Assembly: GCF_018403185.1 (NCBI RefSeq)
Contig: NZ_BOSE01000012.1
Span: 94,194-126,193, forward strand
Source of the DNA: Paenibacillus montaniterrae
Lineage (GTDB): Bacteria; Bacillota; Bacilli; Paenibacillales; Paenibacillaceae
Reading direction: 5' to 3'
DNA: 32,000 nucleotides
The notes below the pieces were generated by a model. The model was given only the letters and a program-made list of their open reading frames with translations, had not been told where the DNA came from and searched no databases. A program made the position numbers and the translations under genes. This document shows positions 16,646 to 25,047 of this stretch, piece by piece (within the stretch, counting starts at the first letter, position 1; each line of letters starts with the position of its first letter).

Positions 16646-17783
16646 ATTTAACATTGCTCCAGTAGCGGGACAAGAAATAGAATTCATTCAAGATGCAATA
16701 AATTCCAGACATTTATGCGGAGATGGAAAATATACAGAGCTATGCAGTAAATGGTTAGAGAAAACAACCGGAACACCCAAAGTGTTACTAACAACAAGCT
16801 GTACACATGCGTTGGAAATGGCTGCACTCTTATTTGATATAAAACATGGTGATGAAGTAATTATGCCGTCATATACGTTTGTATCGACTGCTAATGCTTT
16901 TGTACTGCGTGGTGCTAAAATTATATTTGTCGATATACGTCCTGATACTATGAATATTGATGAAACAAAAATAGAGGCGGCTATCACTAACAGAACTAAA
17001 GTTATAGTTCCTGTCCATTACGCTGGTGTTGCATGTGAGATGGACACAATAATGAATATTGCTGAGCGATACAATTTATATGTGGTAGAAGATGCTGCGC
17101 AAGGTATTATGTCTACATATAAAGGAAGAATGTTAGGTAGTATTGGGCATCTAGGTACCTTTAGCTTTCATGAAACGAAAAATCTTGTTTGTGGGGAAGG
17201 AGGTGCGCTATTAGTAAACGATAGAAGACTTATAGAGAGAGCAGAAATTATTAGGGAAAAGGGAACAAATCGTTCACAGTTTATTAGTGGACGGGTTGAT
17301 AAATATACGTGGAGAGATATAGGGTCATCATATCTAATGTCCGAACTTACAGCTGCATATTTATATTCACAACTAATTAATGCACAGTATATTACTAAAA
17401 AGAGATTGAAATTATGGAGTATATATTACCAATACTTATATAATTTTATTGATATTTACGATATAGAGCTTCCTTGTATACCAAATACGGTAGAACATAA
17501 TGGTCACCTATTTTTCATTAAACTAAAGAATAAGAAAACAAGAGATAACTTAATTGAATATTTGAAAGATCGAGGTATACAAGCAACGTTCCATTACATT
17601 CCTCTTCATACAACAGAAACTGGAAAGAAATACGGGGAGTTTCATGCCTCTGATAATATGACTTGTGAGCAAAGTGATAAATTATTAAGACTACCGATGT
17701 TTTTTTCTTTAGAAGAGGAAACAGTAATACAAATCTGCAATGTAGTAGTAGATTACCTTAAGAAGGCGAGGGAGAAAATATGA
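16638..17783 (+). CDS. dTDP-4-amino-4,6-dideoxyhexose transaminase, WecE/RffA-like (PLP-dependent, DegT family)
   Basis: Long blocks match E. coli WecE as I recall it: GDEVIMPSYTFVSTANAFVLRGAKIIFVDIRPDTMNIDE, VIVPVHYAGVACEMDTIM, VVEDAAQGIMSTYKGR, FSFHETKN, ERAEIIREKGTNRSQF and VDKYTWRDIGSSYLMS. The start is TTG 16638 (giving MIKFNIAPV) or GTG 16629, and it overlaps the rmlA stop. Confidence 0.9.
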   Translation: MIKFNIAPVAGQEIEFIQDAINSRHLCGDGKYTELCSKWLEKTTGTPKVLLTTSCTHALEMAALLFDIKHGDEVIMPSYTFVSTANAFVLRGAKIIFVDIRPDTMNIDETKIEAAITNRTKVIVPVHYAGVACEMDTIMNIAERYNLYVVEDAAQGIMSTYKGRMLGSIGHLGTFSFHETKNLVCGEGGALLVNDRRLIERAEIIREKGTNRSQFISGRVDKYTWRDIGSSYLMSELTAAYLYSQLINAQYITKKRLKLWSIYYQYLYNFIDIYDIELPCIPNTVEHNGHLFFIKLKNKKTRDNLIEYLKDRGIQATFHYIPLHTTETGKKYGEFHASDNMTCEQSDKLLRLPMFFSLEEETVIQICNVVVDYLKKAREKI

Positions 17784-18979
17784 AAGGACAGAAAATTATG
17801 ATCGTAGCTGGAGGTGAGTGGCAGGTACCTATTATAAAAAAGGCTAAACAACTGGGGCTTCGTGTAATGAATACCAATTTGTATCAAGATTCTCCAGGCT
17901 TCCAATATGCTGATGAAAGTGCAGTTGCTGATGTCCTGGACTATAAAACCAATTTGCAGATAGCGGAGGCTTATAAACCTAATGCGATTATTACTGATCA
18001 GAGTGATATTGCGGTAAAAACAGTAGCACGGTTATGTGAAAGACTGAAACTAAAGGGAATTACTGAAAAGATTGCTGATCTATTTACGAATAAGTATCTT
18101 ATGAGAATGTTTTGCAAGGAACATGGATTTGATATACCAAGATTTGAACTATGCTGCAGTTTGCAGGAAGCTGAGACAGCATCCGAAAAAATCGGTTATC
18201 CGCTTGTAATGAAGCCTTTAAGAAATCAATCTAGCAGAGGTGTGTTTGTAGTTTATAATAAGGCCGAACTATTCCAAAAGTTCAATTTAACCCTTCAATT
18301 TTCTGAATCTGGTGAAGTGTTAGTTGAGGAATTTATTGACGGTAAAGAATTTACTGTAGAAGGATTCATGTTCAGTGATCGCCACATATCATTGGCAGTA
18401 TCAGCAAAGGATTATTTAAAAGATAATATTGCGATAGCAACAAGATTGGTATATAGTCATGAAAATTTTGATTTTAACTACGATTGTTTGAAAATTCAAA
18501 ATAATAATTTAGTAGAAACAATGAAACTCCCTTTTGGTATTACACATGCTGAGTACAAATACAAAGAGGGGAGGTTCTACTTGATTGAAATTGCAGCTCG
18601 AGGAGGAGGTACTAAAATTTCTTCTGATATCGTTCCACTAGTTTCGGGTGTTGACGTAAATGAACTACTTATAAGAAGTGCCTTGGGAGAGGAAATAAAA
18701 TCAGGGGATATTTCCCTAATGCAAAAATCAGTTGCGATTTTAGATTTTTTTATACTACCAACAGGAAGAGTTAAGAGTATCATAGGTGCGGAAGAGATAA
18801 CAATGATTCCAGGAGTAGTTGATTTTAAATTAAATTTTAAAGCGGGAGATACAATAAGTACACCTAATGATGATCGTTCTAGAGTAGGTTACTATATTGC
18901 ACATGCATCCTATAAGGAGAGTTTACTTTCCTTGGCTGAATATATTAAATTGAAGTTGAAGGTAATTTACGATGAATAA
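17780..18979 (+). CDS. ATP-grasp domain protein (carboxylate-amine ligase family), copy 1
   Basis: YPLVMKPLRNQSSRGVFVV, LVEEFIDGKEFTVEG and YLIEIAARGGG are ATP-grasp motifs. The ATGA start overlaps the transaminase stop. Confidence 0.8.
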   Translation: MKGQKIMIVAGGEWQVPIIKKAKQLGLRVMNTNLYQDSPGFQYADESAVADVLDYKTNLQIAEAYKPNAIITDQSDIAVKTVARLCERLKLKGITEKIADLFTNKYLMRMFCKEHGFDIPRFELCCSLQEAETASEKIGYPLVMKPLRNQSSRGVFVVYNKAELFQKFNLTLQFSESGEVLVEEFIDGKEFTVEGFMFSDRHISLAVSAKDYLKDNIAIATRLVYSHENFDFNYDCLKIQNNNLVETMKLPFGITHAEYKYKEGRFYLIEIAARGGGTKISSDIVPLVSGVDVNELLIRSALGEEIKSGDISLMQKSVAILDFFILPTGRVKSIIGAEEITMIPGVVDFKLNFKAGDTISTPNDDRSRVGYYIAHASYKESLLSLAEYIKLKLKVIYDE

Positions 18980-19736
18980 ACTGAACATATTTGATTCGCA
19001 TTTGCATTTTAATATGAATACGGCAGATCCTTATAAGGATCTAGTAACACAAATAACTTCTAGTCAAATGAAAGGCTGCTTGTTAATTTTAAATTATGAA
19101 AATGAACGGAATTATTTTATGAATAATATACAACTTTTACAAGCTCTTGATATTCAACTCGAAGTTGCTCTTATGCTTGATTTTCAAAACATAGATTACG
19201 AAATTATTAAACAGTGTTACTTGAAGAACATTGAGTTTTCAATTAAAATCCACCCTCGTCTCTCTAATATTACTTTAGGTGACTTTAATAAAATCCTCCT
19301 CGCACTTCAGAAAATTAATTACAAACATATCATAGTTGATGGATTTTATTATGGGCCTAATTTAAGGTCACATATAAATATTGAGCTATTAATTTTTTTG
19401 TCAAAATACTTACCCAGTAAAAGAATTCTCTTTGCTCATTCTGGAGGTCATAAGATATTAGAAACAATGCTATATACTAGGAATTTAGACAATATATATT
19501 ATGACTTGTCATTCACACAAAATTATTTTAAAAATACTTCGATCAGCCTTGATATTATTAATTTTATTAAATTTAACTACGGTAAAATTTTATTCGGTTC
19601 GGATTACCCAGAATTTTCGATAGAAGACAGTAAAAAACAGTTGTTAATTTATATGAATAAAGCAGGGTTGAGTTTCGAGGCTCAGAATAAAATTTTAATT
19701 GAAAATAGTTTGAGTTTTTTTCGAGATGGAGGATAA
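18972..19736 (+). CDS. Amidohydrolase-2 superfamily (TIM-barrel metal-dependent hydrolase, hydratase or decarboxylase family) protein
   Basis: The N-terminal IFDSHLHF (HxH), KIHPRLS, FAHSGG and GSDYPE follow the ordered ligand pattern of amidohydrolase-2 proteins. The protein is 254 aa. Confidence 0.65.
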   Translation: MNKLNIFDSHLHFNMNTADPYKDLVTQITSSQMKGCLLILNYENERNYFMNNIQLLQALDIQLEVALMLDFQNIDYEIIKQCYLKNIEFSIKIHPRLSNITLGDFNKILLALQKINYKHIIVDGFYYGPNLRSHINIELLIFLSKYLPSKRILFAHSGGHKILETMLYTRNLDNIYYDLSFTQNYFKNTSISLDIINFIKFNYGKILFGSDYPEFSIEDSKKQLLIYMNKAGLSFEAQNKILIENSLSFFRDGG

Positions 19737-19740
19737 GTAT

Positions 19741-20373
19741 ATGCAAAAAAAAATTATAGAGTATATAAAGAAGAATAGGGTTTCTTCGACGGAAATAGCC
19801 GACTGTCTAGGTAAACAAGGAGTAGTGTCAGGTGTTAAAGCAATAAATAGAGGGAAATTTAAAGTAGGGAATGTTTTTTGGGTCTATGCATACGGGGGAA
19901 GTAATTGGGATATGCATGAACAAATTCAGGGGGTAAAAGAAGGAGATGTAGTTTTTATTGAAGTGTTTGATTGTGAGGACAAAGCAATATTTGGGGATCT
20001 AGTAGCCAAGTATTTGCTACTTTATAGACAAGCAAGCGCAATTGTTGTAAATGGTAATGTACGTGATGTTCCAAGACTAATTAAGGAAAACTGGCCGATT
20101 TGGTGTGTTGGATATAATCCTGTTGGGTGCCATAATGAAAAATTAGATTTTGAGCTAGATAAAAAAATAATAGACAATAAAAGACAAATTTATAGTGGCG
20201 CTATAGCAGTTTGTGATGATACTGGCGTAGTAATAATTCCAAAAGAGTGTATAAATGATGATTTCATGATTAGGATGGAAGAAATCGAAGAACAAGAAGA
20301 TATTTGGTTTGACTGTATTGATAGGAAAAAAATGAGTACTTTTGAGACTGTCTGTTTGAAAAAGTATTTATAA
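19741..20373 (+). CDS. RraA-like / class II aldolase-like (HMG/CHA aldolase, oxaloacetate decarboxylase family) protein
   Basis: STEIADCLGKQGV, GDVVFIEV, AIFGDLVAKYLLLYRQASAIVVNGNVRDVPRL and PIWCVGYNPVG fit the RraA/demethylmenaquinone-methyltransferase-like fold pattern. The start is ATG 19741, 8 nt after GGAGG. The ORF-track start at 19726 overlaps the upstream gene. Confidence 0.68.
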   Translation: MQKKIIEYIKKNRVSSTEIADCLGKQGVVSGVKAINRGKFKVGNVFWVYAYGGSNWDMHEQIQGVKEGDVVFIEVFDCEDKAIFGDLVAKYLLLYRQASAIVVNGNVRDVPRLIKENWPIWCVGYNPVGCHNEKLDFELDKKIIDNKRQIYSGAIAVCDDTGVVIIPKECINDDFMIRMEEIEEQEDIWFDCIDRKKMSTFETVCLKKYL

Positions 20374-20396
20374 TCCTGATTGGAAGTGGTGCCAAG

Positions 20397-21086
20397 ATGA
20401 AAATTTCGAATAAAGACCTAAGAAGTATAATCGAGCGTTACGAAGATAGATATAGTAAATATGGCTATTCTCCAATTACATTAGGTTGGGATAAAGGCAA
20501 ACAATTTATTCGTTTTGATATTTTATTAGATTACTTTGACTTGGATAACCGTACTTTTCTTGATATAGGATGCGGGTTTGGAGACCTTTGTTTTTATTTA
20601 AATCAAAAAGTTTCTGCCTTTCAGTATCTTGGTGTCGATATTGTTCCTAAGTTAATAGAGATTGCCAATGAGCGTTATTCTAATAATACAACTATGTTTC
20701 TGGAAGGGGATTTCTTAAACATGGAATTTATGGAAAACTCCTTTGACTATGTTATTGGTTCAGGTATTTTTAATTTTAAACTGCAAGATGTTGATAACTA
20801 CGAATATGTTTATTCTATTATGAAAGAAAGTTTTTATGTAGCTAGACACGGAGTTGCTTTTAATTTTTTATCCGATCAGGTAGATTTTCATAAAGAAATA
20901 ACTTTTCATTCAAATCCACTAAAGATTTTGGAGTTTGCTTATAGTTTATCAAAAAATGTAGTACTTCGGAATGATTACATGCCATTTGAATTTACAATAT
21001 ATATATTTAAAGATGATTCTTTCCATAAAGCTGATACTTTGTTTAATAAATATAAAGAAGAAAAAGGGATAAGAAATGTTTTCTAA
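20397..21086 (+). CDS. Class I SAM-dependent methyltransferase
   Basis: Motif I FLDIGCGFGDL is followed by YLGVDIVP and FDYVIGSGIF. The protein is 229 aa. Confidence 0.8.
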   Translation: MKISNKDLRSIIERYEDRYSKYGYSPITLGWDKGKQFIRFDILLDYFDLDNRTFLDIGCGFGDLCFYLNQKVSAFQYLGVDIVPKLIEIANERYSNNTTMFLEGDFLNMEFMENSFDYVIGSGIFNFKLQDVDNYEYVYSIMKESFYVARHGVAFNFLSDQVDFHKEITFHSNPLKILEFAYSLSKNVVLRNDYMPFEFTIYIFKDDSFHKADTLFNKYKEEKGIRNVF

Positions 21087-22236
21087 AACCATAGAAAGAT
21101 TAAATCGCCCTGCCTCTATGAGAATCGCATCTTTGGCAAAAAAATTAAAAGCTGGTGGACACGACATTCTTGATTTAACGTTGGGGCAGCCTGACTTACC
21201 AGTACACTATAATATTATTGAATCGGTTCACGAATGCTTGCTTAGTGGAAAGACAGGTTATACAGAATCTCAAGGTATATTAGAACTAAGAGAACAAATC
21301 AGTGTATATGAAAGTGAAAAATGGGGATATCCAATTTCTGCTGATCAAGTATTAGTATCCCCTGGGGGAAAGCAAGCTATTTATTATGCGCTGAGAACAT
21401 TAGTTAATCCATTAGACGAAGTTATTATAATTGAGCCTTGTTGGCTGAGTTATAAAGAGTTAATTGAGATGGTTGGTGGTAAAGCGGTTATACTTAATAC
21501 GGACCCTAATAAAAATTTTGTTGTTTCTATTCATGAGATATTAGCGAAGATCACCTCTAAAACTAAAGCTATTATCTTAAATGTACCAAATAATCCAACA
21601 GGGTCCATTTATCCATCAGATACTATTAAAATGTTAATCCGATATTCCGCAGCGCATCAAATTTTCTTAATATTTGATAATATATATGATGAAATTATTT
21701 TTGATGATGAGAAGATAGAATATTCTTTGGAACCACTACAGTGTGAAAAGCTTATAATAGTAAACGGATTTTCTAAAAGCTTTTCCATGACAGGCTTTAG
21801 AGTAGGCTATGTCATTAGCCATGAGATTATAATGGAGCAAATGATAAAGGTTCATGAGCAGTTAGCTACATGCACATCAATTGTTTCACAATATGCAGCT
21901 TTAGCTGCATTGAGAATTGAAAAATCTTATTTAGAAAAACGAAAAGAGGTATTTGAAAGAAGGAGAGATTTTGTTGTAAACAGATGTAGGGAATTAAATA
22001 TAGATCTAATAGTTCCTCAAGGTGGGATTTATTGTTTGATCGATACACGTAGTATTAACTCAAGTTCTGTTGTAGCAGCGGAAAAAATATTGCAACATGC
22101 ACTAGTTGCTGTAATACCTGGAGTTGTATATGGTATCTCTAGTGAAGGTTATGTTCGAATCTCGTTAGTGGGAGATGAAGCAATATTAGAGGAAGCACTG
22201 AAGCGAATAAGCGATTTGATGGAATTGACTTTATAA
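21076..22236 (+). CDS. PLP-dependent aminotransferase, class I/II (aspartate-aminotransferase fold)
   Basis: SPGGKQA, NVPNNPTG and the PLP-lysine motif NGFSKSFSMTGFRVGY are present, with a C-terminal VRISL. The protein is 386 aa. Confidence 0.88.
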   Translation: MFSKTIERLNRPASMRIASLAKKLKAGGHDILDLTLGQPDLPVHYNIIESVHECLLSGKTGYTESQGILELREQISVYESEKWGYPISADQVLVSPGGKQAIYYALRTLVNPLDEVIIIEPCWLSYKELIEMVGGKAVILNTDPNKNFVVSIHEILAKITSKTKAIILNVPNNPTGSIYPSDTIKMLIRYSAAHQIFLIFDNIYDEIIFDDEKIEYSLEPLQCEKLIIVNGFSKSFSMTGFRVGYVISHEIIMEQMIKVHEQLATCTSIVSQYAALAALRIEKSYLEKRKEVFERRRDFVVNRCRELNIDLIVPQGGIYCLIDTRSINSSSVVAAEKILQHALVAVIPGVVYGISSEGYVRISLVGDEAILEEALKRISDLMELTL

Positions 22237-22360
22237 AAGACTTTATAAAGATTGTTGGAGTTAAGTGAATGATTTGGTGTAAATTTTAAAATATATGCAG
22301 ACGATACTAACCAGTATGAGAAATAATTTGTTAAATCAAATTTGTTAAGGGGGTTCGAAG

Positions 22361-23389
22361 GTGTATATATTAGTTACAGGAGGAGCTGGCTTTATTGGTT
22401 CAAATTTTATTGAGTATTATCTACAACAACATCCTGATGTGAAAATAGTAAATTTGGATTTACTCACCTATGCAGCTCATTTGCAGAATCTAGAGAGCTG
22501 TAATCAGAGTAACAAATACAGTTTTGTACATGGAGACATATGTGACAGGGATCTCGTTAAACATTTGTTTGAACATTATAATTTTGAAGGTGTAATTCAT
22601 TTTGCAGCGGAATCACACGTAGATAATTCTATTAAGAATCCCAGTTCTTTTGTTACTACAAATATCAACGGAACTTTTACATTGTTAAGTGTTGCTCAAC
22701 AGCATTGGATGAAAGCTCCATTTAAGTATAAAAGAAATTATGAACATTGTAGATTTCTTCACATTTCGACTGATGAGGTATACGGGACTTTAGGTAAAAC
22801 GGGGTACTTCACAGAACAATCGCCATATGCACCTAATAGTCCTTATTCTGCTAGTAAGGCAGCCTCAGATTTTTTAGTACGGAGTTACTACCATACTTAT
22901 GGTTTGAATGTGGTCACGACAAATTGCTCAAACAATTATGGCCCAAGACAGCATGATGAAAAGTTTATTCCTACTATTATTCGTAAAGCTATTTCTTTTG
23001 AGCCAATTCCTATATATGGAACTGGACTTAATATAAGGGATTGGCTGTATGTTAAGGAGCATTGTCGTGCTATTGATCTTGTATTTAACAATGGTAAGGT
23101 AGGAGAGACCTATTTAATAGGTGGAAGTAATGAGCATTCTAACATGAATATTGCACTATTGGTATGCTCTATTCTTGATGAATTATTGGTAGACGAACTT
23201 CAACATAAAGAAGTAACTTCCTTTACGGAACTAATAGAATTTGTAAATGATCGTGAAGGTCACGATTTTAGGTACGCTATAGATGCTAGTAAAATAAAAA
23301 AAGAATTAGGTTGGTTTCCACAAGGTAATTTTGAAGTGTTGTTAAGGGAAACAATATTATATTATTTAGATCGATATCAATTGAAGTGA
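22361..23389 (+). CDS. rmlB: dTDP-glucose 4,6-dehydratase RmlB
   Basis: ILVTGGAGFIGSNF, NLDLLTYAA, HFAAESHVDNSI, STDEVYG, SPYSASKAASD and NCSNNYGPRQHDEKFIP are canonical RmlB motifs. The GTG start lies 7 nt after AAGGGGG. Confidence 0.93.
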   Translation: MYILVTGGAGFIGSNFIEYYLQQHPDVKIVNLDLLTYAAHLQNLESCNQSNKYSFVHGDICDRDLVKHLFEHYNFEGVIHFAAESHVDNSIKNPSSFVTTNINGTFTLLSVAQQHWMKAPFKYKRNYEHCRFLHISTDEVYGTLGKTGYFTEQSPYAPNSPYSASKAASDFLVRSYYHTYGLNVVTTNCSNNYGPRQHDEKFIPTIIRKAISFEPIPIYGTGLNIRDWLYVKEHCRAIDLVFNNGKVGETYLIGGSNEHSNMNIALLVCSILDELLVDELQHKEVTSFTELIEFVNDREGHDFRYAIDASKIKKELGWFPQGNFEVLLRETILYYLDRYQLK

Positions 23390-23417
23390 ATAGCAGACTA
23401 TAAAGTGAGGAAAGTCA

Positions 23418-24350
23418 ATGACAAACATACTTATAACAAGTGCTGCAAATAAAGTGCCATTAATAGAATGTTTTAAAAAATTGTTAGGGTTCTCGGCTAA
23501 GATTTTTATTGCAGATTGTGCAGACAATAATATAGCAAAATACTTTGCAGATCAGTTTATTAAAGTTGTACCTTTAAAAGACTCTGTTATTGAGGACTAT
23601 ATTTTATTATGTAGAAAATATCAAATAAAATATATCATTCCTACAAGAGAAGAGGATTTGCTATTTTTTTCACTTTATAGAGATCGACTGGAAATTCAAG
23701 GGGTATATGTTCTTGTATCCTCAGTGGAAGCAATTAGAATTACAAATGATAAACTTAAATTTTACAAAGTTTTAAATGCTGAAAATTTACCTGTCATTCC
23801 TACTTTCTTGACGACAGAACAGTTCCATGAAAAAACAAGATTAGTAGTGAAAGAACGATTTGGGGCAGGATCGAAGAAAATATTCGTTAACTTAGATAAG
23901 GAGCAAGCAGTACAAGTATCGTACCAGCTAGAGAATCCAATAGTTCAGCCTTATATAGTTGGAAAAGAATACAGTGTAGACGTTTACATTACAAGGAAAA
24001 AGCAGGTTAAGGCAGTAGTAGTTCGTGAACGTCAACTTATAGTCGATGGAGAATCACAGATTACAAAAGTCTTAGATCATCCAAGCATATCAGGCTTAAT
24101 CAGCAAAGCAGCGTTGCTGTTGGGCTTAGAAGGCCATGTTATGTTTCAAGTTTTTGAAGATGAGCATGAAATGCTATGGATAATAGAATGCAATGCTCGG
24201 ATTGGAGGAGCTTCTACCTTAAGTATGTATGCTGGATTAGACTCTATTAATTGGTGGATTTCAGAATGTGGCGGAAAAAATGTTGCAGAATCGCCAGTAG
24301 TGATAAAAAAGATAAAGCAAGTTCGTTATAAAAAGGATTTACTTTTATGA
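23418..24350 (+). CDS. ATP-grasp domain protein, copy 2 (310 aa)
   Basis: LVVKERFGAGSKKIF, VQPYIVGKEYSVDVY and WIIECNARIGGAS are ATP-grasp motifs. The fold is the same as the 17780 gene but the sequences clearly differ. Confidence 0.8.
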   Translation: MTNILITSAANKVPLIECFKKLLGFSAKIFIADCADNNIAKYFADQFIKVVPLKDSVIEDYILLCRKYQIKYIIPTREEDLLFFSLYRDRLEIQGVYVLVSSVEAIRITNDKLKFYKVLNAENLPVIPTFLTTEQFHEKTRLVVKERFGAGSKKIFVNLDKEQAVQVSYQLENPIVQPYIVGKEYSVDVYITRKKQVKAVVVRERQLIVDGESQITKVLDHPSISGLISKAALLLGLEGHVMFQVFEDEHEMLWIIECNARIGGASTLSMYAGLDSINWWISECGGKNVAESPVVIKKIKQVRYKKDLLL

Positions 24351-25042
24351 GAAAAGTGATTGTTTTTGATTTGGATGATACACTATATGATGAATATGAA
24401 TATGTGAAAAGTGGGTTCCAAGCAGTTAGTGAATACCTATGGAGAGAATTTGGATTTGATACAAATGAAACTTATAACCGGATGTGGAACAGTTTAAAGT
24501 GTGAGGGTAGAGGAACCATATTTGATGGTTTGCTGAAATACTTTGGAATAACTCAACGAAAATATGTTAAAAAATGTTTATCAGTTTATCGGTTACATCA
24601 ACCAGAAATAATTTTACCTAAAGAGTCTAATGAAATACTGAGACAGTTGCACAAAAAAGTACCGCTATATTTAGTCACAGATGGGAATAAGGTTGTTCAG
24701 GCAAATAAGATTTATGCTTTAAGGTTAGAGATGTACATGAAAAAGTGCTATATTACTTACCGGTATGGTCATGCTAAAAGTAAACCATCCCCGTATTGTT
24801 TCCAGCTTATAGCAAAAAGCGAAGGGGTATCGACTGCAGATATTGTTTATATAGGGGATAATCCTAAAAAAGATTTTGTTGGAATCAAGCCGCTCGGCTT
24901 TAGAACAATTAGGGTGATGACAGGACAGCATTCTCAAGTAGAGATGCCTATACAATACGAGGCAGAATTAAGAATTAATCATATTTCTGATTTGATTCCT
25001 GCTTTAAAGCAAATATGGTGCAATTTTGTAATCGAGGGATAA
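24347..25042 (+). CDS. HAD-superfamily hydrolase or phosphatase
   Basis: Motif I is VIVFDLDDTLYDE (DxDxT), motif II is LVTDGN, and motif IV is YIGDNPKKDF. The ATGA start overlaps the upstream stop. Confidence 0.82.
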   Translation: MRKVIVFDLDDTLYDEYEYVKSGFQAVSEYLWREFGFDTNETYNRMWNSLKCEGRGTIFDGLLKYFGITQRKYVKKCLSVYRLHQPEIILPKESNEILRQLHKKVPLYLVTDGNKVVQANKIYALRLEMYMKKCYITYRYGHAKSKPSPYCFQLIAKSEGVSTADIVYIGDNPKKDFVGIKPLGFRTIRVMTGQHSQVEMPIQYEAELRINHISDLIPALKQIWCNFVIEG

Positions 25043-25047
25043 TTGTT

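Noticed and set aside
22227-22250. Tandem 12-mer GACTTTATAAA(A/G) x2 spanning the aminotransferase stop codon
   Set aside because: It is a very short, AT-rich two-copy repeat that is plausibly a slippage scar. There is no evidence of function, and it does not alter the reading frame upstream of the stop.
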